Source: Mobula hypostoma
Lineage: Eukaryota
NCBI RefSeq assembly: GCF_963921235.1
Contig: NC_086097.1
Coordinates: 53,136,001 to 53,200,000 of the forward strand
DNA length: 64,000 nt
Direction of reading: 5' to 3'
The position numbers were made by a program, and so were the translations under genes. Below, in pieces: positions 36,948 to 49,646 of this stretch. The notes beneath the pieces were generated by a model. That model saw only the letters and a list, made by a program, of their open reading frames with translations, searched no databases and was not told where the DNA came from. The first letter of the stretch is position 1. Every line of letters starts with the position of its first letter.

Positions 36948-38653
36948 CACACATCAAAGTTGCTGGTGAACGCAGCAGGCCAGGCAGCATCTCTAGGAAG
37001 AGGTACAGTCGACGTTTCAAACCGAGACCCTTCGTCAGGACTAACTGAAGGAAGAGTTAGTAAGAGATTTGGAAGTTGGAGGGGGAGGGGGAGATCCAAA
37101 ATGATAGGGGAAGACAGGAGGGGGAGGGATGGAGCCAAGAGCTGGACAGGTGATTGGCAAAAGGGGATATGAGAGGATCATGGGACAGGAGGCCCAGGGA
37201 GAAAGACAATGGGGGTGGGGGAACCCAGAGGATGGGCAAGGGGTATAGTAAGAGGGAGAAAAAGGAGAGTGAGAGAAAGAATGTGTGTATAAAAATAAGT
37301 AATAGATGGGGTACGAGGGGGAGGTGGGGCATTAGCGGAAGTTAGAGAAGTCGATGTTCATGCCATCAGGTTGGAGGCTACCCAGACGGAATATAAGGTG
37401 TTGTTTCTCCAACCTGAGTGTGGTTTCATCTTTACAGTAGAGGAGGCCATGGATAGACATGTCAGAATGGGAATGGGATGTGGAATTAAAATGTGTGGTT
37501 ACTGGGAGATCCTGCTTTCTCTGGCGGACAGAGCATAGGTGTTCAGCAAAGCGGTCTCCCAGTCTGCGTCGGGTCTTGCCAATATATAGGCCACATCGGG
37601 AGCACCGGACGCAGTATATCACCCCAGCCGACTCACAGGTGAAGTGTTGCCTCACCTGGAAGGACTGTTTGGGGCCCTGAATGGTGGTAAGGGAGGAAGT
37701 GTAAGGGCATGTGTAGCACTTGTTCCGCATACAAGGATAAGTGCCAGGAGGTAGATCAGTGCGGAGGGATGGGGGGGACGAATCGACAAGGGAGTCGCGC
37801 AGGGAACGATCCCTGCGGAAAGCAGTGAGAGTGGGGGAGGGAAAGATGTGCTTAGTGGTGGGATCCCGTTGGAGGGGCGGAAGTTAAGGAGAATAATATG
37901 TTGGACCCGGAGGCTGGTGGGGTGGTAGGCGAGGACCAGGGGAACCCTATTCCTAGTGGCGTGGCGGGAGGATGGAGTGAGAGCAGATGTACGTGAAATG
38001 GGGGAGATGCGTTTGAGAGCAGAGTTGATAGTGGAGGAAGGGAAGCCCCTTTCTTTAAAAAAGGAAGACATCTCCCACGTCCTGGAATGAAAAGCCTCAT
38101 CCTGAGAGCAGATGTGGCGGAGACGGAGGAATTGCGAGAAGGGGATGGCATTTTTGCAAGAGACAGGGTGAGAAGAGGAATAGTCCAGATAGCTGTGAGA
38201 GTCAGTAGGCTTATAGTAGACATCAGTGGATAAGCTGCCTCCAGAGACAGAGACAGAAAGATCTAGAAAGGGGAGGGAGGTGTCAGAAATGGACCAGGTA
38301 AACTTGAGGGCAGGGTGAAAGTTGGAGGCAAAGTTAATAAAGTCAACAAGCTCAGCATGCGTGCAGGAAGCAGCGCCAATGCAGTCATCAATATAGCGAA
38401 GGAAAAGTGGGGGACAGATACCAGAATAGGCACGGAACATAGATTGTTCCACAAAGCCAACAAAAAGGCAGGAATAGCTAGGACCCATACGGATGCCCAT
38501 AGCTACACCTTTAGTTTGGAGGAAGTGGGAGGAGCCAAAGGAGAAATTATTAAGAGTAAGGACTAATTCCGCTTTAAAGAGATGATCTAAACTTCTTCGG
38601 TGTAGGCATTACCGGAAGAGGCTTCGCAGTAGTGAATTTTAAAAACTGAAGAG
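36948..38653 (-). mobile_element. Penelope-like element (RT + GIY-YIG endonuclease), frameshifted
   Basis: ORFs 37652-38500 (FLRYIDDC) and 37332-37730 (VIYCVRCSRCGLYIGKTRRRLGDRFAEH); 11-bp TSD aaagagtgtaa (36937-36947, 38654-38664). Confidence 0.93.
37006..37043 (-). ncRNA. Minimal hammerhead ribozyme motif (core intact, weak stem II)
   Basis: UAGUC-CUGACGA-A-GGGUCUCGGUUU-GAAAC-GUC^GACUG. Confidence 0.65.
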
Positions 38654-41600
38654 AAAGAGTGTAAGATTATTTCAATTACAATGCCAGGATTTTCTCACTT
38701 CCAGATTTCACTTATTAGAGACAGACATACAGAAAATTGGCAGGCCTAGAGAGATAAAGATAAAGATGACAGTGATGTGCAGTGAGGGTGAGCAACTTCC
38801 TGAAACAGGGGAAGTGGGAGATATTTGGCCTCTGAGCAGGATGGGAGGGAGGTCTGAACAGATCAGTTAATAAAAAAAGGCACTGAAGCTTTTTATGTGG
38901 TCTGCATTACTCATTTACCCGGGGCCTCAACCTGCCACTGGAGTGTCTGCCTGAGGACTTTGGAAAGATTATGAGAAGGTTTGATGGCATAGCTATAGGG
39001 AATAGGTTTCTCTTGCTATACAGACTGGAATTAGGGCCACGAATCCACAATAATCATTAATGGATCAAAAAAAGGAAGTAAAGGAGCTTTTCTTTTTAAA
39101 TCTAGAGTGATGAGATGCTGGCGCTCAATGCCACAAGGAGAAGATGATCAGTCCTGTGTGATGCATCAAAGGGAGGCTAGATGAGGAGAAACTGAGTTGA
39201 AGACGATGTCCTGGGGGTAATGAATAGTATGGTTGAGCTCTCTGTATGCTTTGAAACATAAACATCTGTTGGTCAATGTGTTGCATCTATGCTCCAAGTT
39301 CAACATAATGCTGTTTACTTTGACTGATGGATAAGCTGATGCACATCTCTAAATATACACTGATTAGAAACTCATTCAAACAAAGTTCATTTATACAGTG
39401 ATATTTGCATTAAATAAGGTAAAGCCAGTTTAAATACAAATATAATTTTTAAAATTAAAAATACCATAGCAGCTCACAAAGCTGTACATTGTTGGGATAG
39501 TTCTCACATGTTTTATACGGTCTTCCTGCCTTACTCTTCAATGGACTGTACATATCATTACGATCAGAATGAATCCATATTGTATGTGTATCCCGAGTTG
39601 GATTCCTGGTGAGCGCTATGGCAATCAGAACATTACCAACACTACTGCTTTAGTCAGTTTTCAGTGTGAGCAATTTTTTTCCCTCTTATTTTCCATAGAA
39701 GATGAAGAAAAATAATGTTGCGCTTCAGAACTGAAACTAAAGCTGCTGTTTTAAGTAAAACAAAACACAACGAATTGTTAATTAACCCAAGAGCTTCTGC
39801 AGAAGATGCAAGTCCAGAGTAACACACACAAAATGCTGGAGGACACAGCAGGTCAGGCTGAATCTATGAAGAGAAATAACCAGTCGACGTTTTGGGCTGA
39901 GACCCATATACCCATCTACAGAAAGTTCATAAAGTATTTAGAATATTAACAGTAACAACATAGTAAACACTAGAATCAATTTTGCAATTAAACTCCAGGT
40001 GTTCTTGGGATGCAATAATCATGAGATTAAATTCACCTTGTGAAATGGTACCTTGTGGTGAGCTTGATGCACCTCTGTTTGACTGCTTGGAAATGTAGCA
40101 CAAACCCATTGACTCCAGCAATTGATTTTTAATGCTAACAAGGAATTCAAAGTTAGTGGTTATTTTCTATTGTAATGTCCAAGTGCACTGAAGCTCAAAA
40201 GTAATTGTGATGTTCTGATACACTGATAACCTGTGTCCTGCGCCTGATTAGAACTTCATGTGATGCAGTTATTCAAGCTTAATTCATATTTTTTTCTTTT
40301 TGGAAGTCTCACACCAGAATTACAATATAAACCATAAAAATAACAGCTCGGAAATTGTGTACAACAGTTCTTGCTGAATTAGCATGGAAATTCAGCATTG
40401 TTATGGTTCCCAAGGTGAACAATAGTCAAATATTTTATTGATAATTTACCAAATGCACAATTCTAACTTGATATTGTTACAAACATTCAAAGCACATTTA
40501 TTACCAAAGAATGTATAAATTATATACCTTGAAATTTGCCTGCTTACAGGTGGTCACAAAGCAAGAAACCTGAATAACCCATTAAAAAAAACGCTAAAAA
40601 CCACTGTGCAGAGAAAGAGAAAAAATAGAACATACATATCATGCAAACAACAGAAGCAAGCCAACAGCATCCCGAACCAAACTAAGTCTCAGGTCCTTTC
40701 CTGGAACAGTTGGGGTAGGCCCAAGCCTCAGTCCCCAGTTCATCACATCAGCAGGGCGAAAACGTAGAGCAGCTGGATCAGTTCATAGCCTTGGTGCCAT
40801 GGAAAAAGGAATGAACATTTGCAGGACAGCGAGCAAAATCAGCCCAACTCTCAACTCCATTCCCAACACGGGCTCCCAGACAATCTGTGCTGGCATTTAA
40901 ATTGTCTAAGCACCGGATAGTGCCTCATTCTAGGACCCGGACTTCAGTGCCACGATACGCTTAGGGCTGCCCCAATTTTCATTGTACATTTTCATATCCA
41001 TTGTGATAATTTTAAGAGCAGTTTTGCACTGCATGGGTCAGCTGCTCAAATAAATTTTAAGTTACAGAGAGAACAATTTTGATCTCATCAGTCTGAGATC
41101 AATTTAAACAGAAGAACCCAGATGCCACAGATGACATTTGAAACAGTTACACCACCCAATCTTTCTGAAATTATCTAGAAAAAATGACTCAACCCCAATC
41201 GAAGAAATTTTGAACAGACTTCCTGCATACTACATAACATTTTTGATTTGTATGTTTCTATAATGTTGCTATAGATACATGAACAACCTATCACATGAAT
41301 ACCAAATTTGGGACCTATTTTGTAATGTGGAATTTCATCCTATGGGTAGTGGAGGAAGGTTGCCAAACCTCAATTGTAATTTATACCAGCTGTTGAAGAG
41401 TGAAATGATTTAACTCTGCCTAAGCAGCATGTATTCTGTGTTCTGGAGTAACAGAATGAACTAAATACAAAGTCAAAAGTTACGATCAAAATCATTTTCA
41501 AATTAATTTACAAAATGCAGTAAAATCTTTTCTGAAATAATCAACGTAACATTATGCAGAATAATATATTAATGGCCATAAATGAAATTATTACCATGTA

Positions 41601-41689
41601 CATTATCAGTGCACAAGCCTCCAATTAGTTCTGGAAGGCTTTTGATTTTAAATCACCAACTTTATTTATTTTTAAAACATCAACAAACA

Positions 41690-42063
41690 GTTGCAGCAGT
41701 GTGTACTATCTACAATGCACTGCAGCAACACAAAGTTCCTAAGGCAACACCTTCCAGACCCATGACCCACTACCATCTAGATAGTGGACCAGGACAGCAG
41801 ATACCTGGGAACACCACCACTTGGGAATCCCCCTCCAAGTCACTCACCATCCTGACTTGGAAACATATCGCCGTTCCTTCATTGTCGCTGGGTCAAAATC
41901 ATGGAATTCCCTCCCTAACAGCACTGTGGGTGTACCTACACCTCAGGGACTGCAACGGTTCAAGAAGGCAGCTCATCACCATCTTCTCAAGGGCAACTAG
42001 GGATGGGCAATAAATACTAGCTTAGCTGGCGATGCCCGTATCCTGTAAATGAATAAAAAAAAC
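41690..42063 (+). mobile_element. Old LINE 3' end (family not assigned)
   Basis: ...ggaattccctccctaacagcactgtggg...ttcaagaaggcagctcatcacc...gggcaataaat...gaataaaaaaaa. Confidence 0.55.
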
Positions 42064-45000
42064 CTTCCAGTGTTAGATCACCAACTCCACTAAATACTTT
42101 GAAATTTTCAAAACCTACCATCTCAGTTTATAAAATTCTAGCAATTCTAACTTTACTTTCGGTATTTTCACCTCACAATTTTAACTCCTTGATGTCAGAA
42201 TCAACACTGCACCCTCCACAAAGGGAAACCACCCTTTTTATGGTGTGTGTAGATCTGATCACTCTATGCAAAGAGAGATCAAACCTGGGGTTTTCATGCA
42301 GCTGTAACAACAATTCCAGTCTACTCACGTTCCCTTCCCTCAGAAGTACAGTATAAACCTGTATTCCATTACTCATTTGATTTTTACACCAATGACAATT
42401 TAATGGTCTATGGAATAAAAACAGAAAATTCTGGCAGTACTCAACAGGTCAGGCATCATCTGTGGGAAGGGCAGAGTTAACATTTCAAGTGAAGGACTGT
42501 TTCAGGCCCACATATATGGATCCAAAATTCTATGCATTGGTCATGCTTCCATCTTCTCACCATTTAGGAAGTACAAAGCTGTCCTTTCTGCCTGGTTTCT
42601 CTAGGGGACAAAGGTTTCGGAAAGTCATCCTGTAGGTAACAGGGTGAAAGCTGAAAGATGGGTTACTTAATCTTGTGTCACAGTGTTGTTGAATCTGCAT
42701 TCTATTTTCAGAACCGGAGTTCTATTTTTCTCCCAATGTGCCCCCCCCATGGCACACTGACTTCCCAAATGGTTCTGCACACACAATCGAGGTGGTCAAT
42801 CATTTACTTCAGACAACCTAGCCTCACAAACCTGTTCGTTTAGTCCGACTATCTCTCATGCTATTGATACCCTTGTAATATTGATGGTGTGGAAATTGGT
42901 GATGGTAATGCAGAAGTGCCAGGTCCCCTCTTTCCAAAGCTGGTCATTAACCAGCACAAGTCCAAGTGGTCAGGGTGCATACAGTTATGAATTTCTTTGT
43001 CATACAATAAATTGTGAAAGGAACTGAGTATTTCATTGTTCCCCTTCTGACATGAAGGACGTTAATCATATGTGGTTGATCAATGTCTAGTGGCTCAGTG
43101 AGTAGGTGCACTGGGTTCTTTCTTGTAAAAATGGCGTATACTTTATATCCTTCTTGTGAATGCTGCTAACCCGATGCCTGTGATGCTGCTGAAAGTAAGT
43201 TTTTCATTCCACCTGTGCATACATGCACTTGAGTATATGACAATAAAGATTTTGCATATTATTGTACAGATTACCATTTGTCTGGCGGATGCCAATGTTG
43301 AGAATAGATGAACTGAAGTCTTCTTGATTCTTCAGTGCCATAGCCTGGCACCAGTATAGTTTATGCATTTCTTGATGCTATTTGCTTTAGATCAAATTGG
43401 CTTGTGTTACCGGGAAGCGCAGAGATGAACTATCCACTCAGGGCAAAATGCACACTTCAGTCTTAACGTTTGCACACAGGTATTGAGCTCCGTCATTGTG
43501 AGGGGTGGGATGGTCAAAGAGCTGCCCATTGTTATTGATCAGTTGTTCTGTACATGATTCTTCACAGCCTAAGTACCTAGTTTTAGTAGTTTGTAATCTC
43601 TTAAGTCTGAAGTGATAAAAACTCAAATATGCAATTACACCAAAATGTGTAGCATTTTGTTAGTGGTGTCAATATGATTGATCCTTGGGGAGCATGAGAA
43701 TGCAGAGCAACACACTGTAAATGTTACATTGATTTCCTGTTGTTGAGTTCTGCCCAAGTTACTTTAACTTGTGAAAATTATAAAACAGATATAAACTGGT
43801 TGGTGCTGGTGGCCATTGAGGCTTGCAAATGGGTCTGGTACAACATGTGGTTAGGAACCACTCCAGAAAGGACCAGTCTACAAACAGTCTAACAGTAAAA
43901 TTTTGACTTGAATTTTGCTCAAATAATCCTCAACTGAATAATCAATATTTGATCAATAAAGAGATTTTACTCTTTTTCCAAGCTGGAATTACTGGAATTA
44001 GGATCCTGATGCACAAAGGAGAAATGTGGTTTTCTCCTTGCCTTACACATGTTCAATACAAACACCAAGGAACAGTTTTGAACAGTACCTTTGTTAAATG
44101 GTTTCCCATTCTCAATTTTATAGAATTTTGTATTATAGTCTCCTTGATCCTAATTCTTTGCAATTTAGCATAGTTTCATACTCCCTGGGCTTCATAATAC
44201 ACCAACAGAAGGTAACTGGCAGATTACCATTTTGTTATTAGTCCAAACACTGACAATGAATGCATTTATCTGTCTGGGAATTCTGTAGAATCAGAGTTCC
44301 TCCAGCATTTTGTGTGTGGTGCTTTGGATTTCCAGCATCTTCAGATTTTCTCATGTTTGAAATGGCGTTCTGAACTCAAGTTCATCCACTGACACGAAGC
44401 CACAGACCCTCAGTTCAACATAGAGCCAAGTCAACTTCACGGAGCAGCGAGCTGAACCAGCCCGTCCCTCGCCTCAGGCTCTGACACCCTGTCCTGTCCT
44501 TTCTCATCTGGCCCGGTGCTAAAATCATCGTCCAAACATTGCGTTCTGTTGCTTGGATACTCTCTGGGGCTTGGATTCCGCCACCTCAATTCAGGCTATC
44601 TCCAACCTTTGCAGTTCAGTCCGGTGCTTAAATTGTTGTCCAAACATCAGATTCTGCTACTTTGATACGCTCTGGGGCCTGGACTTTGCCACTTCAATTT
44701 GGCTTGTATCCCACTTTTCCAATTCAGCCCGGTATTTAAATCAATTGGGTCTTTCCTGCTGCTTTGCCTTGGTTCTATTGCATTGTATCGCCTCCAAGTC
44801 CAAACCCCAAAGGGAAGTTACAGGCTACTGTTGGTGGTGATCGTTTAACAGAAAAAGTGTGACTAACAAGGTATTTAGTTGTTTTCTCTGTTTCACTGGC
44901 CCCAGCTATTAGATGCTGAGGTTCACCAGCACCATCTTAAACCAGAAACCAAATAACAAGTTTTTATTATAGACAGTAGTCAGAAAACTCACAGCTAGAC

Positions 45001-45859
45001 CAGTTCTCACGAAGTCTATGAAAATGACAGCCTAATGCAATCACTTCCAGGATCATTCAGATCAGCCCATATATCAGGACTCCCTTACCAATGACTGCCT
45101 TCTCCATTAAGTCCTACAGCAAAGAGTGCCACTATCGTTTTAGTCAATTGCTTCAAATAGATTTTAATATGTACTGCAAATTTTCAACCAACATCTCATC
45201 CCCAAGTGAGACTTCTGCTAAAATGCAAATGTCTGGAGTTTCTGTGTGAAGTGAGCCTGAACTATCTGGGACCCAGCACTTTTCTGGCTATTCCCAATAC
45301 AGTAGTGTCATGACCAGGAACAAGTGCAAACCCAGGCTACATCCCAGCAAAGTACATCAAAGTATTAATAAATCAATCTGATTCTTTGAAAAGATTATTT
45401 GCAAAACAGTGTTAATTAAACATCGAAACGCTGCAAAAAAAGACCTCGTAACAATATGTGTGCTTAAATCTCAACTTTTACTAGATTCAACAAAAAAAAA
45501 GCTTGTTACATATTGGAGATAATACCATTTTTTATATTCTCATTTGGATTACAAATACTTATTCTAGTTACATTCAGGATTTTTGGAACTAATTATTTGA
45601 ACTATCTCTTGCTATCACGATTCTTGATTCTTCCTATTTCCATCCAAAAGACTTCAATGTATCAAGTAGTTAATACTATTCCGTTAGTTGCCATTAGTGA
45701 GAACATTTCTTTCAGCAATATTTGGTAACCTACCCAAGGCTGAGGTCCAACTTGGTTTTATTTTCACAGCGGGATTGCTCTGTAATACTTTAGGAGCTGC
45801 TGTCTAACAGCAACAACCTCAAGTCAAGTTTCATTTTAAATAAATAGTGAAAGGGACAT

Positions 45860-46846
45860 GTTAAATAAAAGATTTAACTTTTATTTAAAATAAATGCATT
45901 TGTACATAAGTTTCAAAAAAACAAACGTTAGGCTTCACCGTTTAGGACGTCCATGGCACAACGTCAGCTACAATTAAACATGATAAAATTAAGCAAGGTT
46001 CAAAAATTAATTCTTCCATTGAAATAATTTTTTTTTACTATTAGCTATGCCGGTAAAAGCACAACCAAACATAATACATTGTAAGCACATTAACTGATGT
46101 GATGCTATAGTTCAAAAACTGTACAATTATATAAAACTTGTTTTTACATTAGTTACATGAAAAACCATACTTCATATAGCATTACTTCATAATGTATTGG
46201 AAATATTTCATACTTGAAGTGAAAAAGGTAACTAATGCTGGTGATTAAAACAGCTTCACATAATACTATAAGGTGTAAAAAAAAAATGGCAAAGTACAGA
46301 ATGTAAATTCAACTAATAACCAGATGTTTTGGTATGCAAGCTAAAACAATGAGCTGTGTTCATTGATTCCCAAAAAACTACCCTCCTTTTCTACGTCACT
46401 ATAGTAGTCCTGATTTATGTAGGGGATTATGATTTGTTTTATAAAGGTCTTAAAGGCACAAACACATGCAAAGTTTGATAAATATTCCATTTTTCCTCTC
46501 CTAGGCATACACTTCATTTGATAACTTACTTAATAAACTGTACGGCTGATTCCAAGGCTGTCATGAAACAGATTGCTGATGAGGGATCTTTCAAGGCCAC
46601 TTGCCAGATGAGGAGAACTTGCCAGGCCCAAAACATGGTAGCTTTGTTTGGTAGCTAGATACTAAGAAGTGCTCCTGTTAGTGCACATACAGTGTTAACT
46701 GATCTGATAACTAAAACAACAAACAAAAAACATGGTAAAGGATTACAGTACGAGGCGCTTACTGGAATAAGCAGCTTATATCGAGTAACAGCACTCATTA
46801 AAAAAGACCTTCAATGGCCTGAACAAATCTTATAAGGCATTTGCTG
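45860..46846 (-). other. FERMT2: FERMT2 3'UTR (3' end approximate)
   Basis: Repeat-free AU-rich stretch downstream of the stop codon, ending at an AATAAA on the minus strand. Confidence 0.7.
45880..45885 (-). promoter_or_regulatory. Probable FERMT2 polyadenylation signal AATAAA
   Basis: Plus-strand tttatt about 960 nt downstream of the stop codon. Confidence 0.6.
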
Positions 46847-47020
46847 TCACATCCAGCCGCTGGTAAGCTTAAAGAACATATCTTCATCCAAGCTTTCATT
46901 CTGATCCTTAGCCCGCGTCGATAGGAAGATGTAACCACCAATGAACTCATGAACTACCTTGCAGTCGATATCTCCACAGATAAAAGAAAGCCGAACTTCA
47001 TCGGCAAACTCAACAGTCAC
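46847..47020 (-). CDS. FERMT2: Kindlin-2 last coding exon
   Basis: tgtttag|[60 protein letters not shown]. The ADEVRLSF...[11 protein letters not shown]...LTSGW pattern fits kindlin-2 rather than kindlin-1 or -3. Confidence 0.97.
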   Translation of the reverse strand: MTVEFADEVRLSFICGDIDCKVVHEFIGGYIFLSTRAKDQNESLDEDMFFKLTSGWM

Positions 47021-47539
47021 CTAAACATGGATTGGGAGAGTGCAAAACATTTTTAGCATTACAGGTATATTCTCACCAAGATTTCATGTAGCTTTGCCAA
47101 AATAAAAATATTTACTTTACAGTTCCTTTTGTTGTTGGCTTTTGATCAAATTGAATAGGAAACATGCAGCAACAACTTTTATAGACCATTAACGCTAATG
47201 GCTTTTTCAATTTTCTTCCGAATGTAACAAGTAAGCAAATCTAATTAAAATCGTTTGTTGCAGAACATTCATTGTGTACACTGCATTTTGGAACATTATC
47301 TAAAAGGTCATGGGAAATGACAGAAGGCAGACAGATTTCATACACAGAAAGAAACAATCATTATTTTGTTCTCACACAAATTGTCTTCCATCTTCTACAC
47401 CCTCTCCCCTGAAAGGAAGCTATACTAGTTATGAATTTTGTAAATGAATGTTTTAAAGGTAGAGACAAGATCCATGCATCTAATAACACAGCAGCATAAT
47501 CTCACTTTTCCGCTATTGGACCACTGAATTATTTTGGAA

Positions 47540-49530
47540 ACACTACAGCACAGTACAAGATCTTTGGCTCACGATGATGTGCTGACCTTTTAACAGAATC
47601 CAAGATCAATCTAACCCCTCCCTCCCACAGAGCCTTCCAGTTTTCTTTCACTCATGTGCCTATCTAAGAGTTTATTAAATGTTTCCAATGTACCTGGCTG
47701 TACCCCCACCCCGCAGTGCACTCCATGCAAAAAGGAATTCCACATCTAACACCTCTCCTATTCTTTCCTCCAATCACTTAAAATGATGAGACCATAAGGT
47801 CCGTCTGTTCCTCAACACTCGTCAGTGCCCAGCCATTTGACCATAAGACATAGGAAAAGAATTAGGCCATTTGGCCCATTGTATCTGCTTTGCCATTCCA
47901 TCATGGCTGATCTATTATCCTCTCAACCCCATCCTCCTACCTTCTCCCTGTAACCTTTGATACCCTTACTAATCAAAAACCTATTAGCCTCTGCTTTATA
48001 TATATGTTCATTGACTTGGCCTCACCAGCCTTCTGTGGCAATGAATTCTGGATTCACCAGTCTCTGGCTAAAGAAAATCTCAATCTTCTCAGCTCTGTTC
48101 TAAAGGAATGTCCCTCTATTCTGAGGCTGTGTCCTCTGGTCCTAGACTTCCCCACTTTTGGGTACATCCTCTCTTCATGCACTCTATCTAGACCATTCAA
48201 TATCTGATAGGTTTCAACAGTATTCCAAGTGCGATTTAACCAATGCCTCAGTATTAATTACATCCTTGCTTTAATATTCTAGTCCGCATGAAATGAATGC
48301 AAACATTGTATTTACCTTCCTTACCACTGACTCAACCTGCAAGTTAACCTTCAGGGGATTCTGCAGGAGGGCCCCCAAGTCCCTTTGCACCTCTAATTTT
48401 CTTTATTTTCTGCCCATCTAGAAAATAGTCTACACTTTCATTCTTTTGACCACAGTGCATAAACATACACTTGCCAACACTGTATTCCATCTGTCATTTT
48501 GCCCATTCTCCTAATCTGTCTATCCTTCTGTAAACTCCCTGCTTCCACAACACCAGTACTCCCTCTACCCAAGAAGCACCATGTGCCCCCATGACCCTTT
48601 GTATTAGCCATTTCCACTCAATCTATGCCTCTTATCATCTTTTACCCCTCTATCAGGTCTCCTCAAATCCTCCTTTGATCCAAAAAAAGAAAAGCCCTAG
48701 TTTGCTTAACCTTTTCTCATAAGGCATATTGTCTAGTCCAGGCAGCATCCTAGTAAATCTCCTCTGCTCCTTCTCCAAGGCTTCCACATTCTTCCTATAA
48801 TGAGGCAACCAGAACTGAATACAATACTCTGTGTGGCCCACACAGCATTTTATAGAGCTACAACATTTCCTCACAGCTCTTGAACTCAATCCCCCCTGAA
48901 CAATGAAAGCCAACAGACCATACGCCTTCTTAACCACCCTATCAACTTGCACGGCAATTTTGAGGGACTTATGGACGTGGACCCAAGGTTTCTCTGTTCC
49001 TCCACACTGCTAAGAATCCTGCCATTAACCCTGTACTCTGTCCTCATGTTCAACCTTCCAAAGTGTGTCACTTCACGCTTTTCTGGACTGACCTCCATCT
49101 GCTGTTTATCAGCCCAATCTGCATCCCGTCAATGTGCCATTGTAAGCTATAATAACCTTCTACACTACCCAAAACAGGACTAAACTTTGTGTCATCTGTA
49201 TACCAACTAACATACTCTTCCAGTCCCTCATCCAAGTCATTTATAAAAACACACAGAGCTGGTGCCTCAGAACAGATCCCTAACAAACACTTTCAGTCAT
49301 GGACCTCCAGGCAGGATATGCCTCATCTACTATGATCCTCTGACTTTTGTGGGCAGCTGAACTCGTGCAGCCAAGTTCCCAAAATTCCATGCCTCCTAAC
49401 TTTCTGATGAGCTAACCATAGGAAAACTTGTTGAATGCCTTACTATAGTCCAAATAGAGCACATCAAACTGTTCTGCCTTTATCAATATACCAGCTTCTA
49501 CATGCCTTATTAACATATGCCTCTCAAATA
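47540..49530 (-). mobile_element. Cluster of degenerate CR1-like fragments in the last FERMT2 intron
   Basis: QVDRVVKKAYGLLAF, EYCIQFWLPHYRK, LYLDYSKAFNK. Confidence 0.8.
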
Positions 49531-49646
49531 TCCTACTTATCCCTGCAAGCGGCCTAAGTGAGACACCTGTCCTTGTCACATCCTCCCTCACCTCCATTCC
49601 GGGTCCCAAACAGTCCTTCCAGGTGAGGCAACACTTCACCTGTGAA

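Noticed and set aside
36205..37138. 290-aa and overlapping ORFs
   Set aside because: Read-through of a Penelope terminus into a minisatellite; no gene structure.
1..45800. Expected syntenic neighbours of FERMT2 (GNPNAT1, STYX, PSMC6)
   Set aside because: No recognisable exons were found by eye; small exons could have been missed.
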